Assembly: GCA_002633005.1 (NCBI GenBank) | Contig: NMRA01000092.1 | Span: forward strand, 121,115-185,114 | Length of the DNA stretch: 64,000 nt | Source of the DNA: Phoronis australis | Taxonomy: Eukaryota; Animalia; Phoronida | Reading direction: 5' to 3' | Part shown: one piece after another, positions 53,601-64,000 of the stretch | Layout of the letters: every line of letters starts with the position of its first letter | Position numbering within the stretch: position 1 is the stretch's first letter | Translations under genes and position numbers: made by a program | The notes under the pieces: generated by a model | What the model was told of the DNA's origin: nothing | Databases searched by the model: none | What the model saw: the letters and a program-made list of their open reading frames with translations, nothing else

Positions 53601-55347
53601 TCAAAAATGTCTGATCGGATTCAAATGAAATTTTAAAATACTATGATTTATGCACTGCTCTTCAAAGCGTGGCTCTATCAATGGCACGCAAAAATTAAGG
53701 TAAAAAATCGAATTCTACAAACTTTCCACTTTCAGAAAATCTATACTTTTACTGAATTTTTACAGTTTTCTAGATATTTGACTGGAAACACAGAATTGTC
53801 GATAACTCCAATCGCTCGTCACCTTAACGAGTAAATACATTCTTTTCCTATTTCATCATGGTCTCCGAGTTCCCATTTGGTGCTTCGTCCAATATACTAG
53901 CGTTATATTACTAACACGTTTACTGCATTTAAATAGGAACGTCAACATTTTTGGGGTTATATTTACAAATAAATTTTAATGAAACGCCGATTATCTTAAG
54001 CATATTTTCAGGTTTGTTTGCTGTTCTCCTGATCCTTTTAATCATTTATGCATGCAACGTTAGTGAAATGACGTTGGCGACAAAGAACCGAAACTGATTG
54101 AACTCAGACTGTGATCATCTCAACTCGGTTGTTGGGTTGCTAGGCGAAATGGGCCGCAGCAACAAGACGGTTTCGCCAACTACGTCAATTTACCAACGGT
54201 GCATGCAGTGTTGACATGGGTCAAGGCCAGTAATTAGCGTTAAAGATGTCTATAATGGACAATGACATGCATTTTAGCAAAGACAAATCGAAAACGTGTT
54301 ATTTTTGCCACAATGATTACTTGTCGGTCTGGCATATTTAATTGACTAAAAATAAACAATTCTTCCAAATGGTTCAGGTTAGTCGGTTGGCAGTTAGCTC
54401 TTTTTGCAGCGCGCTGAATTTTATTTGTGTTTTTTTAAAATGAATAGCTTGATGTGAATTAGAATTCAGTATTACGTTAATTGAAGTTAGTTGTCTAAAA
54501 CCAAGCCATCGAACAGGCTTTGTATTTATCTGATTACAAATATAGGATGTAAACCTAAACCTCACCCAGATCTAGTTAAGGAGTATTTTTCAAACGGATT
54601 CAGGGTCAATCTTTTAAAATATTCTAAATATTTCAGTTTCTCTGGCGAACTTTGAAAGCTGTTGGTGTTTTTCTGTTTTTTGTAGCCAGAATCCCTACAA
54701 AAGGGTGCCTTATACGATTAAATTTCTCACCAAATGGTTTAGGTTCTGGGTTAAAACCCTTTAAAGGGCCCATTTTTGGCAACACAAATCTGTAGAAAAC
54801 TTTCATGTTTTATTTATGCAAATTGCAGTGTTAAAAAGGCTTCAAGCCAAATATTTATTGATTAAAGTTTAAATCAATACATAAGTGTAGACAAAGACTG
54901 TGTAATGGGAAAAATACGAAAACTGAAGTGGCTTTCTACAGGAGCTCCGAGCAAGTGCACCCCTTTTAAAGTTATCTTCTCTGAAAGGTGGAGGAATTTG
55001 CCATCGAAAGCTATCGTATGTGGTGAGCTGTCAAAAGAAACGCGAGTCCGCGAGTTTTGCCTCGGGTGAGGTTAGCGAGTCTCTTGCAGTCGCATTTTCT
55101 CCGATGACCGGTAAAACGCTGGATTTGGAATGTGAGGCGGTAACGTCTGACCCGTTACAAGAAAAAGAGACCCCTGTGTAAATTGGGCGGTAGATCATGA
55201 CGTCCAGTCTAGCTTAACGGTCATGCCATGGCGAAAACACCGACACGTGTAGAGATCGTCGCTGACAAAGTTTGTGCCGTAACAGGCCACGACGCGTGCA
55301 AGGCGATTACTTCGTAACATAACTTTCGTCTAATAATCTTAGGATTT

Positions 55348-55593
55348 CATGCGCGCACCCGGAGGGGGGGGGGGGCTCGAACGAGCCAACCCCATTTGGC
55401 GAATTGGGCAAAAAGGTCCGCCCCAGAGAAACAAAAAGTCCAAGAAAATGAGACAAAAGTCCACTAAAAAAGGCGCAGACGCACAATTCTGGAGGTGGTA
55501 TCCCGTTTTTTAGTCCTCTCGCTTTTTTATTAACAAAAGGTTCACTTAGTCAGGAATTCGAGCCCCCCATATTAAAGGCTGGGTGCGCGCATG
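55348..55593. mobile_element. 246-bp GC-rich MITE with 5-bp TSD (hAT5-like)
   Basis: Ends CATGCGCGCACCC / GGGTGCGCGCATG (perfect 13 bp), flanked by GATTT on both sides. Confidence 0.85.
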
Positions 55594-55755
55594 GATTTAG
55601 ATACTGACGTACATGTAAGAAACAAATAAAAGGTCGACGACGTTTTATTGCGTACAAACAGGAAGAAAACAATAACAATCCAGAATAGGAACATGCATTA
55701 TTGCACTTTATTGATACATGATCTCAAGACCCGGCGGCAAATTTCCTTTTTCCAG

Positions 55756-56042
55756 AGGTATGCTTCATGAAAGTGATTTGCAGACTAAGACAGAAACATG
55801 GTCTTACGCGCCCACTTCGTAATAGCTGAAAGGAAGTTTCGCCAAGTAATTATGAGCGCATCAGAGTCCAGAAATAATTTATAGAAATTACCTCAGTAAA
55901 CTGAAGTCATGTGTATATTCCCAGAGACTGCATTTCTGATCAAGTGAGATTTAATGAAACATCTTTAAAAAAATAATTGCGTGAAGCGCAAGACCAAATT
56001 CCAGTTTCGTAAGTCTTACTGTCACCTTTCATGAAACGACCC
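55756..56042. mobile_element. MITE family C copy
   Basis: TTCATGAAAGTGA...TAAGACAGAAA...AAGACCAAATT...GTCACCTTTCATGAAACGACCC; CAG/CTG flanks. Confidence 0.65.
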
Positions 56043-56797
56043 CTGGTGTTCACGGGAATCAATAAAAACCGTGAATATCATATTAACTGGACAAACTACT
56101 CAGTATCAGCGCCCAATTCGGGCTCAGCATAACAACGACACCCATGGTTTGCCTATGACGTGCGCCTGTACTTTGGAGCACGAACATGAACACCAGCACC
56201 CACACAGAATAAATACCACTTGTACATTCTCATACACGAAGGGTTGAAAATTATCTGGACTAAAACTCAATTTGGGTATTAATTATGAGGTACAGATATG
56301 GGTACATTTCCACTATAGCAATAAGTGAATGATAAACAAACTAAAAAGCATAAAAAGGTAAAAAATGATTTAATACGCAAATCCATCTATACTGCCTTTA
56401 ACACCAGCAAAACAAGCTAACAACCCATAGTTATTGGTACCAAAAATTACACATATTTGGCATAGTATTCAGCAATGTTTAAAAAAGGAGATTCACTTTA
56501 AATTCTTCTGCAGTTAAAGCTATTAACTTCGTACTTACTACAATGCACTTTCCAAAACTTCAGTAAATGAAAAGAGCGTAAAAAAGCCACCAGTATTTTA
56601 GGGGTAGGGCAACCTTTCACTTTTGAAACATTAGGCTGCCTTATATCAATCACAGGTAATCTTTCATACCTCTTCAGGTAGAAACCAATTGACATCTTGG
56701 CAAGGAAAACAATGTCATGGAAACGAGGAAGACCAACTGACTAATACTCCAGCACCATTCACAGAAAGTGCACCAAAAAGATTTTTTTTTAAACCAG

Positions 56798-57198
56798 GGC
56801 TCGGTCTCCAATCTTTTTACTCGAAATGGAACTCGAAATTAGGTTTGGCATTTTGTACTATACTTTTGGGCGAACTCAAGATAAGTGTCTATTATTCTAT
56901 GCTCGAGTACACAATAACTTACGTGGATAATTTATTGCCCTTAGTTCACAGTTTGTAAACCCAATATTAAAGCAATAAGTTCGAGTTTGAACTCGAAATT
57001 TCAAGTTTTTACTCAAGTTTGTAGCACGAATATAAGGGTCTTCAAGGGCAAACTTGAACTAGAAACTCCTATGCATAAACTATAATGTATTCGAGCACAG
57101 TCTGATAACCAATTATCTTAAGTTCGCACAAAAGGAGCAGAGAAATTGCCAAAAACAGTTTCGAGTTCGTTTCGAGTACAAAGATTAGAGACCGGGCC
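56798..57198. mobile_element. MITE family A, most intact copy (CAG TSD)
   Basis: ~40-bp TIRs GGCTCGGTCTCCAATCTTTTTACTCGAAATGGAACTCGAAA / TTTCGAGTTCGTTTCGAGTACAAAGATTAGAGACCGGGCC; CAG on both flanks. Confidence 0.85.
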
Positions 57199-58739
57199 CA
57201 GAAGCGTTGTCTAGCATGAAGAGCCAATAAAAGTACTGTGTTCTTGTCACGATCTTCTATCTGTGGCAATATCAGCTGTTTCAAACAGGTCTACTACTTC
57301 AAACTGCAAGGGGCTCGTTTATGTAGAAATTCCCTGTGGAAAATTAGTTAAGCTGAGAGACCTATTTCTAAACTGATAACAGTATGATAAGCTTAGTCAC
57401 ATATTTCTAAACTGATACAGCTATGATTTCACTCTCTAAGGGCAAATTGACAAGAGTGAATTCCGCTGTTGAAATGTAAGCTACATTGTCAGATGGCAAT
57501 ACCCAATTAAGTTTTTCGCCTGATTAACAAACACTTGCACAATATCATGGGACCACCACTTGGCTGGTATCTTCAACAACAAATTACCCAGAAAACAATT
57601 ACAAGATATATCCAGATGGGACCTTACTCTAACCTATCTGGTAAACGCCAATGAGTTTGTAACTGGGTACGTCAAGAACACAAGAGGTGGGTTTGTACCC
57701 AAATGGGCTTTATATGCAGAATATTCAACTATAAGCCTGTGTACTCAACCCAATGAACACCAACAGTTTGGCTCTGTATTCTGAAGCAGCTTAGTGCTAT
57801 CCACAAGTGAAAGATTTGACGTGGACTAAGAGGCAGGCTTATACAAGAGAATCATTGCGGGTGGGCTTATATTTGAGTAGGCTGGCTTATATCACCCAAA
57901 ACAGGGGGATGTGCTTATACCCAGGGGTGGGCTTACCTGAGCGGATAGTGAGTAAACGCTCTCACAGGACGAGTTTAAATTAGGTTAATCAAGCACACAC
58001 TTGTTAATGCCCGTCAGCTATGGTACCAATAGATGGCAGCAACATCAACACAAGTCTACAGAAGGGCAAATAACAACTTAACACTATTCTGAAACATTCC
58101 TGAAGTGATACCAAGCATGCACAACCAATATGACTATCGTCTTGGGAAACTCATATTAAAGAGACAATAAACCTGTACTTTCTGTCAAAAACAAGTTTTT
58201 AATTTTGGCCACTTATTGTTACAAAATCCATCTCAATAATCTTGTTCCTTTCTTGGATCACAAACGATATCAAGGCTTCAGATCTGGATCACTAAATTGC
58301 TTGTCACGAGGGGTTAGCTTCAGTGGCCAAAGTGATTTACTGTCACCAATTTGAATTCAAACAAAGCATAAAAACTCAATGACTTTGCTTAGAAAATGCA
58401 AATACTGATGAGAAGAAAGACGATATTTTTATGGTTGATAGCTGCTTAAACAAATGGCGAGACATACTTTTGGTTTAGACAATTATATCTTCTGAAGAAA
58501 CAATTCAAGTCACGAAATATAACAATGGAAAACAACAACTTTTCCAAGATTGTGCTAGTCAGGATGTATGTATCCAAGTATTTGCTGCTGTCTAAACCAC
58601 CTCAGACTATTATCAGTCAGTTTGACGTTTTGCCTTCTAAGTCGTACTTATCATCAACTGAGCCTTTTAAATAACTGAAAGTTATGACAAAAGTGGCTTG
58701 CAATGATAACAAGGGGAAACTAATTTTTGAGCAAATAAT

Positions 58740-58883
58740 TTATTTTCCAGATTCTTCTTTCATGTGAAGAATAGACGGCGGCGGCGGAAGATCACCTTCC
58801 TCTTTGCTTTCCTTCGCAGAGTTGTATTCCAACACTTCTTTATCATACCGTATTTTCTCCGATTCGTACATCTTGTAATACAC
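58740..58883 (-). CDS. TFPT: TFPT-like/HMG-box protein, last exon (HMG helix 3 and tail)
   Basis: Acceptor ctcttaacag|; VYYKMYESEKIRYDKEVLEYNS...EESGK*; phase 0. Confidence 0.88.
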   Translation of the reverse strand: MYYKMYESEKIRYDKEVLEYNSAKESKEEGDLPPPPSILHMKEESGK

Positions 58884-59316
58884 CTGTTAAGAGTTAAGAG
58901 TGCGTCGTACCATTACAGAAATTAGCATCAGATAATACTTCCCTTTGAACGGTATCATTTCCCACACTCCAATAATTTTTTTGATTCTTTTTACAACGAG
59001 AAAGGGTTCGTGTTTCAAAGATGAGGTAGGTGAAAGATTTGTCTGAAAAGGTCATGTCCCATTCAAAAGGCATCATTCCCTATATGGCTTGCATGAGTTT
59101 TAAATCGTGCGTTTTGTGCAATGGCCTGATGCTATTCAGGTATTGGACTGCCTGCAATCTTTTTTGGCTTCCATTTCAGGTACAGTCGGTCTTCATCTAT
59201 TTACTAGCAAACGTTGCAGTCGACAAGTAAAAATGTCATCGCATAAACTGTGTTGCCATCTAGCGATAGATTTCAAGCTTTGCCATTACAAAGAAAAATG
59301 ACAATTGAATACTAAC

Positions 59317-59400
59317 CCTTTTTTCATCTGGAGTCAAAGCATTCCATTGCTGTGCCAATATCTTGGTGAGCTCTGGGTGACTAATGTCCATTCCACGCTC
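59317..59400 (-). CDS. TFPT: TFPT-like/HMG-box protein, exon encoding HMG helix 2
   Basis: attgtag| ERGMDISHPELTKILAQQWNALTPDEKR |GTTAGT; 84 nt, phase 0/0. Confidence 0.9.
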
Positions 59401-59857
59401 CTACAATAGTTAACAGCATTAAACATTCTTGATAAAATTCCTCTAATTCAAGGTGGTATGACCACATTCAATAACTAACCCATATTTAAAAAGGCTAGAC
59501 TCTTTTGAGTCAGGCAAGCAACTTACATTAGAACATAGAGTGCATCCGCGGATATTTGTCTAGCAAGTCAAATTTCCCTGTGACATGAAACAATGACTAC
59601 CATGGTTTCAGTAAGCATCACACAAAATAGCAGAGCCAGTGGAAAAATTTTAAAAAATATTTAACTGAGAAGGTACTACTTTAAATCAGAATGAGGCTAT
59701 CAATGTACACAAGATTTAAAAGATATTTCTAACAACTGAACAATACATCATCATGTTTCTTATCTTGTATTTTGCAAACATATTTTTATGAATAAGAAGT
59801 TGCCCTAAATGTATAGAAACTAGTTGAATGGTCAGTATTACAAACAAAAGGCTTCAC

Positions 59858-60166
59858 CTTCAAGAACTGATCACGAACTTGGATGCGTTTCGCTTGGTAA
59901 TACATCATGTATGCATTGATTGGTTTCTTGGGAGCAGAAATATCTTTCGTCTCTGCTTTAACTTTCTTCCCCTTGGAAAGTGAGCTCTCCTTGTGAGATG
60001 ATTCTAATGACTTCTTGTCATGAGTGTTAGGCATATACGCGTGTAGGATTGAAGTAGCATGGGTGAGTCCACTAGATGGCAAGGGGTGATAGGCTGGAGG
60101 CTGAGACTTGGATGTACTTGGGTATGGAGGTGGTGGAGCAACTCTGACTGGTCGCACTGGGTCGTC
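59858..60166 (-). CDS. TFPT: TFPT-like/HMG-box protein, Pro/Ser-rich linker and HMG helix 1
   Basis: tttctctgttgcag| DDPVRP...APKKPINAYMMYYQAKRIQVRDQFLK |GTGAAG; 309 nt, phase 0/0. Confidence 0.9.
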
Positions 60167-60424
60167 CTGCAACAGAGAAATGCCCATGCTACCCTCATCT
60201 ATTGATAATAATCATATAATCTCCTGAGACAATAGACATGTTAAATAATGCGTCCACATATAAATATGTGGGCGCATAAAAAGCAAGCGCACACAATTAA
60301 TGAAAGCAAATCCTTTGCAAACCATCAGTCTCGTTGGACTGGTTACTCAAACTTCGGTTCCAGCAACATGAGCAGAGCAAAGTCTTTCAAATGCTTCTGA
60401 GCATGACACTATAGTTCATCTCAA

Positions 60425-60816
60425 TGCCCGGTTGCACGAAACAGTCCCAAATATGGACTCACTTAAGTTCCCTAAATCTACTGCGTATTTTGGGAAACAT
60501 CGATTGCCCTTTCATGTATTGTTTTAGTTTCATTACTAAGTCAACTTTTGACTTTTGATACAAATCAAGAGTGAACTCTACGTTGAATTGTCAATAATAA
60601 CACGCAGAATCTAAAAATAAAGTCACCATTTATTTTCAAAGAACTCAGTTTTTAGTTATATTAATTAGAAAATGTCATTAATCAAAGAGGAGCTCATAAT
60701 AAAGGTGAAATAATAATGACATGAAATAAATATATTGCATCTGCAAGTCCAAAAGGCACAAAGACTTAGGGACCTTAGTTCAGTCCCTATTTGGGACCGT
60801 TTCATGCAACCTGACA
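60425..60816 (+). mobile_element. MITE family B copy, intronic
   Basis: Colinear with 23513-23924, including the block TTAGAAAATGTCATTAATCAAAGAGGAGCTCATAATAAAG. Confidence 0.85.
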
Positions 60817-61031
60817 CAGGTTACCTTTCATCCATTCTTGATACTCATTCACGCAGGTGACTCGGCTGGAGCAACGCAGGTAAAAGTGCAGTGCTCAGGG
60901 ACACAAGTAACGACTGCAGCAGCTCCAGACTCAACCCATGAACATACAGAGGACAGTTAGCAAAGCTTACCACGCTTCCACACGATATAATCCGACATGG
61001 AAGCGCACATGTTGAGTAAAAACGGACTCAC

Positions 61032-61172
61032 CTCCCAGGTGACAGGCACTGGCACCTCCCTGAACTGGTCACCATGCTCATCAAGTTTTGTAGTGAGAAA
61101 CCGCCGGTCTTTCTTGTACTGCTTCAAGATCTTTTTTATGTGCTGAACGCGATTCACTACTTTCTCATTTCG
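61032..61172 (-). CDS. TFPT: TFPT-like (TCF3 fusion partner / INO80 subunit F) coiled-coil exon; upstream exons not found in the window
   Basis: cctgtttcag| RNEKVVNRVQHIKKILKQYKKDRRFLTTKLDEHGDQFREVPVPVTWE |GTGAGT. Resembles, from memory, the vertebrate TFPT NERVLNRL...ERRFLMRVLDSYGDDYR segment. Confidence 0.82.
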
Positions 61173-63469
61173 CTGAAACAGGAATGAATTAAAGTAAACC
61201 ACACAGCAGCTTCCATGATACTTGAGTGAAAAAAAATTAATAAAAGTGTCCCACTGCGATAAACAACATGGCTTGTACTTTATAAAGTACATGACGGTGG
61301 ATTGGTTAAGGTGATTGTCAAAAATGGCAAAGCCCTGTAATCACTTGGTGGCAAGTAAAATAAACAATAGGGGGCAGCACCTGAGTGATTATACAACTGA
61401 CTTCAAAGATACTATGCAATTATAAAACTGATGCAAATGAATCTCATGACTCCTCCACTCTTTCAACATGTTTAATGGAAATTAAGTTGAAAATCCCAGG
61501 TGCCTGTCTAAAATACTACAAAAAAATTATGTTGGAACACATGACAATTAAAAGAGAGATTTCAACTTTTACTCCTTGCACCAACAACCATCTCTCATGA
61601 GTGTCTTATAGTAGCCGGCCTCAACAATGAGCTAGAATACACCTACAAGTGCCCTCATAGACTTTTTGGATCTGAACCCCAGCTTTTCATCACCGCAGTG
61701 AGTCTCAACCAGTCAGCCAAAGAACAACGGCTCTACAGAATTAAGCATGATATATCTTTAAATTGTGTTTGGTCAAGGTATTGTCTCAGGTGAGCATTTT
61801 ATTTGCTCAGGCTAATAAACCCATCTTCCATCATAAAAAACAACTTTTAATTTAGACCACTTACTTATATGAAATTGGTCTCAAATTAGTCCTTTGACAA
61901 ATCAGAGGCGACTTCAGGGCTTAAAAAGAACTACTATTTCATTATTGCATGAGACCAGGCTTTTCATGTTGGCTTGTCACGGTGTATCGTTTTGTTCCGT
62001 GAACGTGATCTCACTTGGCAAGGAATATTGAACTGTCTAGACAATACTTGCTCGCCTACAACAGATAACGTGTAGTCCTTATGCTAGATGTCGCATGTCC
62101 TTCGCAAATATGGCTACGCCCATGAGAACGTGCCATTGAACCTTTAAGGCAGCTTTAGGTCTATTTTAAGTTGTTCCACACGCATTCACATTATATTCTT
62201 CAATATTGATAAGCTCCCCGTGGTTCGCTGTTTACCTATGACTCTCAGTTCTGTTGTAGATTACCGTCATTCCATTGCAATAAAGACACTGAACCAGAAA
62301 TAACCCATTAAAGTGTTTACTTAGTGTCATGTCTTTGCAGACCTAGAAATTGCTTCTCATCTCAGTAAGGAACACGTTGAGACTAATTCTAAAACGGAAA
62401 GTGGCCTAAATCAAGTTGGCTTCTTTGACCGAAGGGCAGCTTATAGCAGTGCTTTAAGGTTGGTTTCAGAGGTGTTGTAGACGTGCTTCAGGTGAATCAC
62501 ATGAGCCTCTGTTAGCCACTCGCTAATAAAGAATTACCTATTAGTTGAATGTTTAACACGCTTATGGCTTTTATTGCGGTTGCTGGTTCGATTCCCTGGT
62601 CAAGCAATCTCGGCAATTACTACAAAGGCAATGCCCTTCAAATGTGTTCATCGGAGCATGAAAGGTACTTACAGCTGAAATGCCAACACTTTCATCGCTA
62701 GTAAGATGAAGGTACAAACTACTGAAAAGCTTCTGTAGTAAATGGAGTATGTGGACTTGTAGGATAAGCTGCTTAGTGTGTGTGTGTGGGGGGGGGGTAG
62801 GCAACATGTAGCCCCTCGGCTGGCTGGACAGGGTCTACAACACTACCCACTGGCTTCTGTAACAATCTCATAATGTGTAGTTCAAATGGGCGCTGGCCCA
62901 AATCTGGTAACCAAATACACGGTTTTCACGTCATCAAAAATACATTTTATATTCAAAATTGTTACTTAAAAGCTCTTACTTTCTTCAGCGATCCTTTCTG
63001 GTGCTGTACATATCCTAAATGAAACATGTCTACGGGAATTAAGATGACTTTAATAGCGAAGAATTTGAAGTCCAGTGGCACTCTTTTGGTTGCCGTTAAC
63101 TTTTTCATTGCAGGCGATAACCACAAAATTTTTCAATTGTGAGTTAGGCCACAACAAGCACGAGACTGCACGGAGTGAGTGGCCTGGAAAAAAGTAGCAT
63201 GGGAAGATATCTAGTGGAATTTGTAAAATTTCGTGAACTGGTGAGATTTCGTGTAACTTTCTCAAAATGGCACCCCGCAAGGAAAGCTCAAGTGATCCTC
63301 GACAGATTTTCATGGATATGTTCAAATTAACTGACTAAATTATCTCCAGTCATGGTATGTGTTAATTATAACTCAATGTGTATAATTATTTGCATGTTTT
63401 ATTCGATGTTTTTTGTTGTGTTTTTAAATGGGTAATTTGTTATATGGTGGTATTAGACCGGGATCCCAG

Positions 63470-64000
63470 AGCTTTTTTGGGCATGAAAAGGTAACCAATT
63501 TTCTTTGGCGCCACTGTGCTCTGAGGGTATCCTGATGCTTGGAAATGGCCGTCTGGCAGGTTCGCTCTGGTGGGTGTGGTCAGGGGAGCCAAGAGAATTA
63601 CACTAAAAAATTGAGCTAGATCAACTTTTCTGGTAACCACTTAAAACTACCTTCAATACCTGCTACGTCATCCATTGTATCAAAATTGGTCACTGCCAGA
63701 CAATTTCAGTGGTGGGGAGTACCCGCCAGACGAACATATGCAGGGTGCAAAAGTTGAGCTAGATCAATCCAAGAGGTAACTGCTTGAAACCAGTCGCAAA
63801 ATATTCACCGTAAGCCCAGGTATCACGAATGAACACTGCCAGACAAATCTAGTGGTGGGTTACCCCCACCAGACATGCCCTAATACCTGAATTGAGCTAG
63901 ATCAACCCATCAGGTAACCGTTTGAAACCAATTGCACGATGTTCAGCATCACTGAACATGGCACAACAGTTAGATGCCAGACAATTTCAGTGGTGGGGTG
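63470..64000. repeat. Diverged tandem array, period ~138-143 bp, continuing past the window end
   Basis: GGTAAC at 63490/63632/63775/63913; TTGAGCTAGATCAA at 63611/63754/63892; TGCCAGACAA..AGTGGTGGG at 63694/63837/63976. Confidence 0.85.

Noticed and set aside
62980-63014. 35-nt micro-exon candidate (catttag|GATATG...AAGAAA|GTAAGA) upstream of the TFPT-like exon
   Set aside because: Splice signals and phase fit, but the peptide (YVQHQKGSLKK) does not resemble the TFPT segment expected before NEKVVNR; unsupported without RNA data.
63440-63640. 66-aa ORF or protein repeat underlying the tandem array
   Set aside because: Unit spacings of 142 and 143 nt are not multiples of three; no recognisable domain.
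63470-64000. CRISPR-like array (conserved repeats with variable spacers)
   Set aside because: Eukaryotic intron-containing context, no cas genes, several conserved blocks per ~140-bp unit, and the spacers are partly homologous.

Overview
Animal (invertebrate, probably lophotrochozoan) genomic DNA: AT-rich, with spliceosomal introns and dense small transposon relics. It is not prokaryotic, and most short ORFs in the supplied track are spurious. Four minus-strand genes can be reconstructed by hand. (1) An uncharacterised acidic repeat protein: putative exon 8357-8134 plus a large exon 3883-1845 with a 1-nt frameshift at ~2631, and a 1.5-kb partial duplicate at 5117-6622. (2) A complete three-exon GnRH/AKH/corazonin-superfamily neuropeptide gene with TATA box and CRE-like site, encoding an 86-aa precursor and an unusual predicted peptide pQWHHSYGWGSAGGV-NH2. 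(3) A paraxis/scleraxis (TCF15/SCX) bHLH gene at ~40.5-41.2 kb. (4) The 3' four exons of a TFPT (INO80 subunit F)-like gene that also encodes an HMG box. Intergenic DNA carries at least five multi-copy MITE families (several with 3-bp CWG target duplications, some nested), three GC-rich MITEs with exact 5-bp TSDs, two decayed hAT transposase fragments, SINE-like and Penelope/hammerhead-like relics, microsatellites, and a diverged ~140-bp tandem array running off the right edge. All family assignments come from motif recognition by eye; no database search was run.
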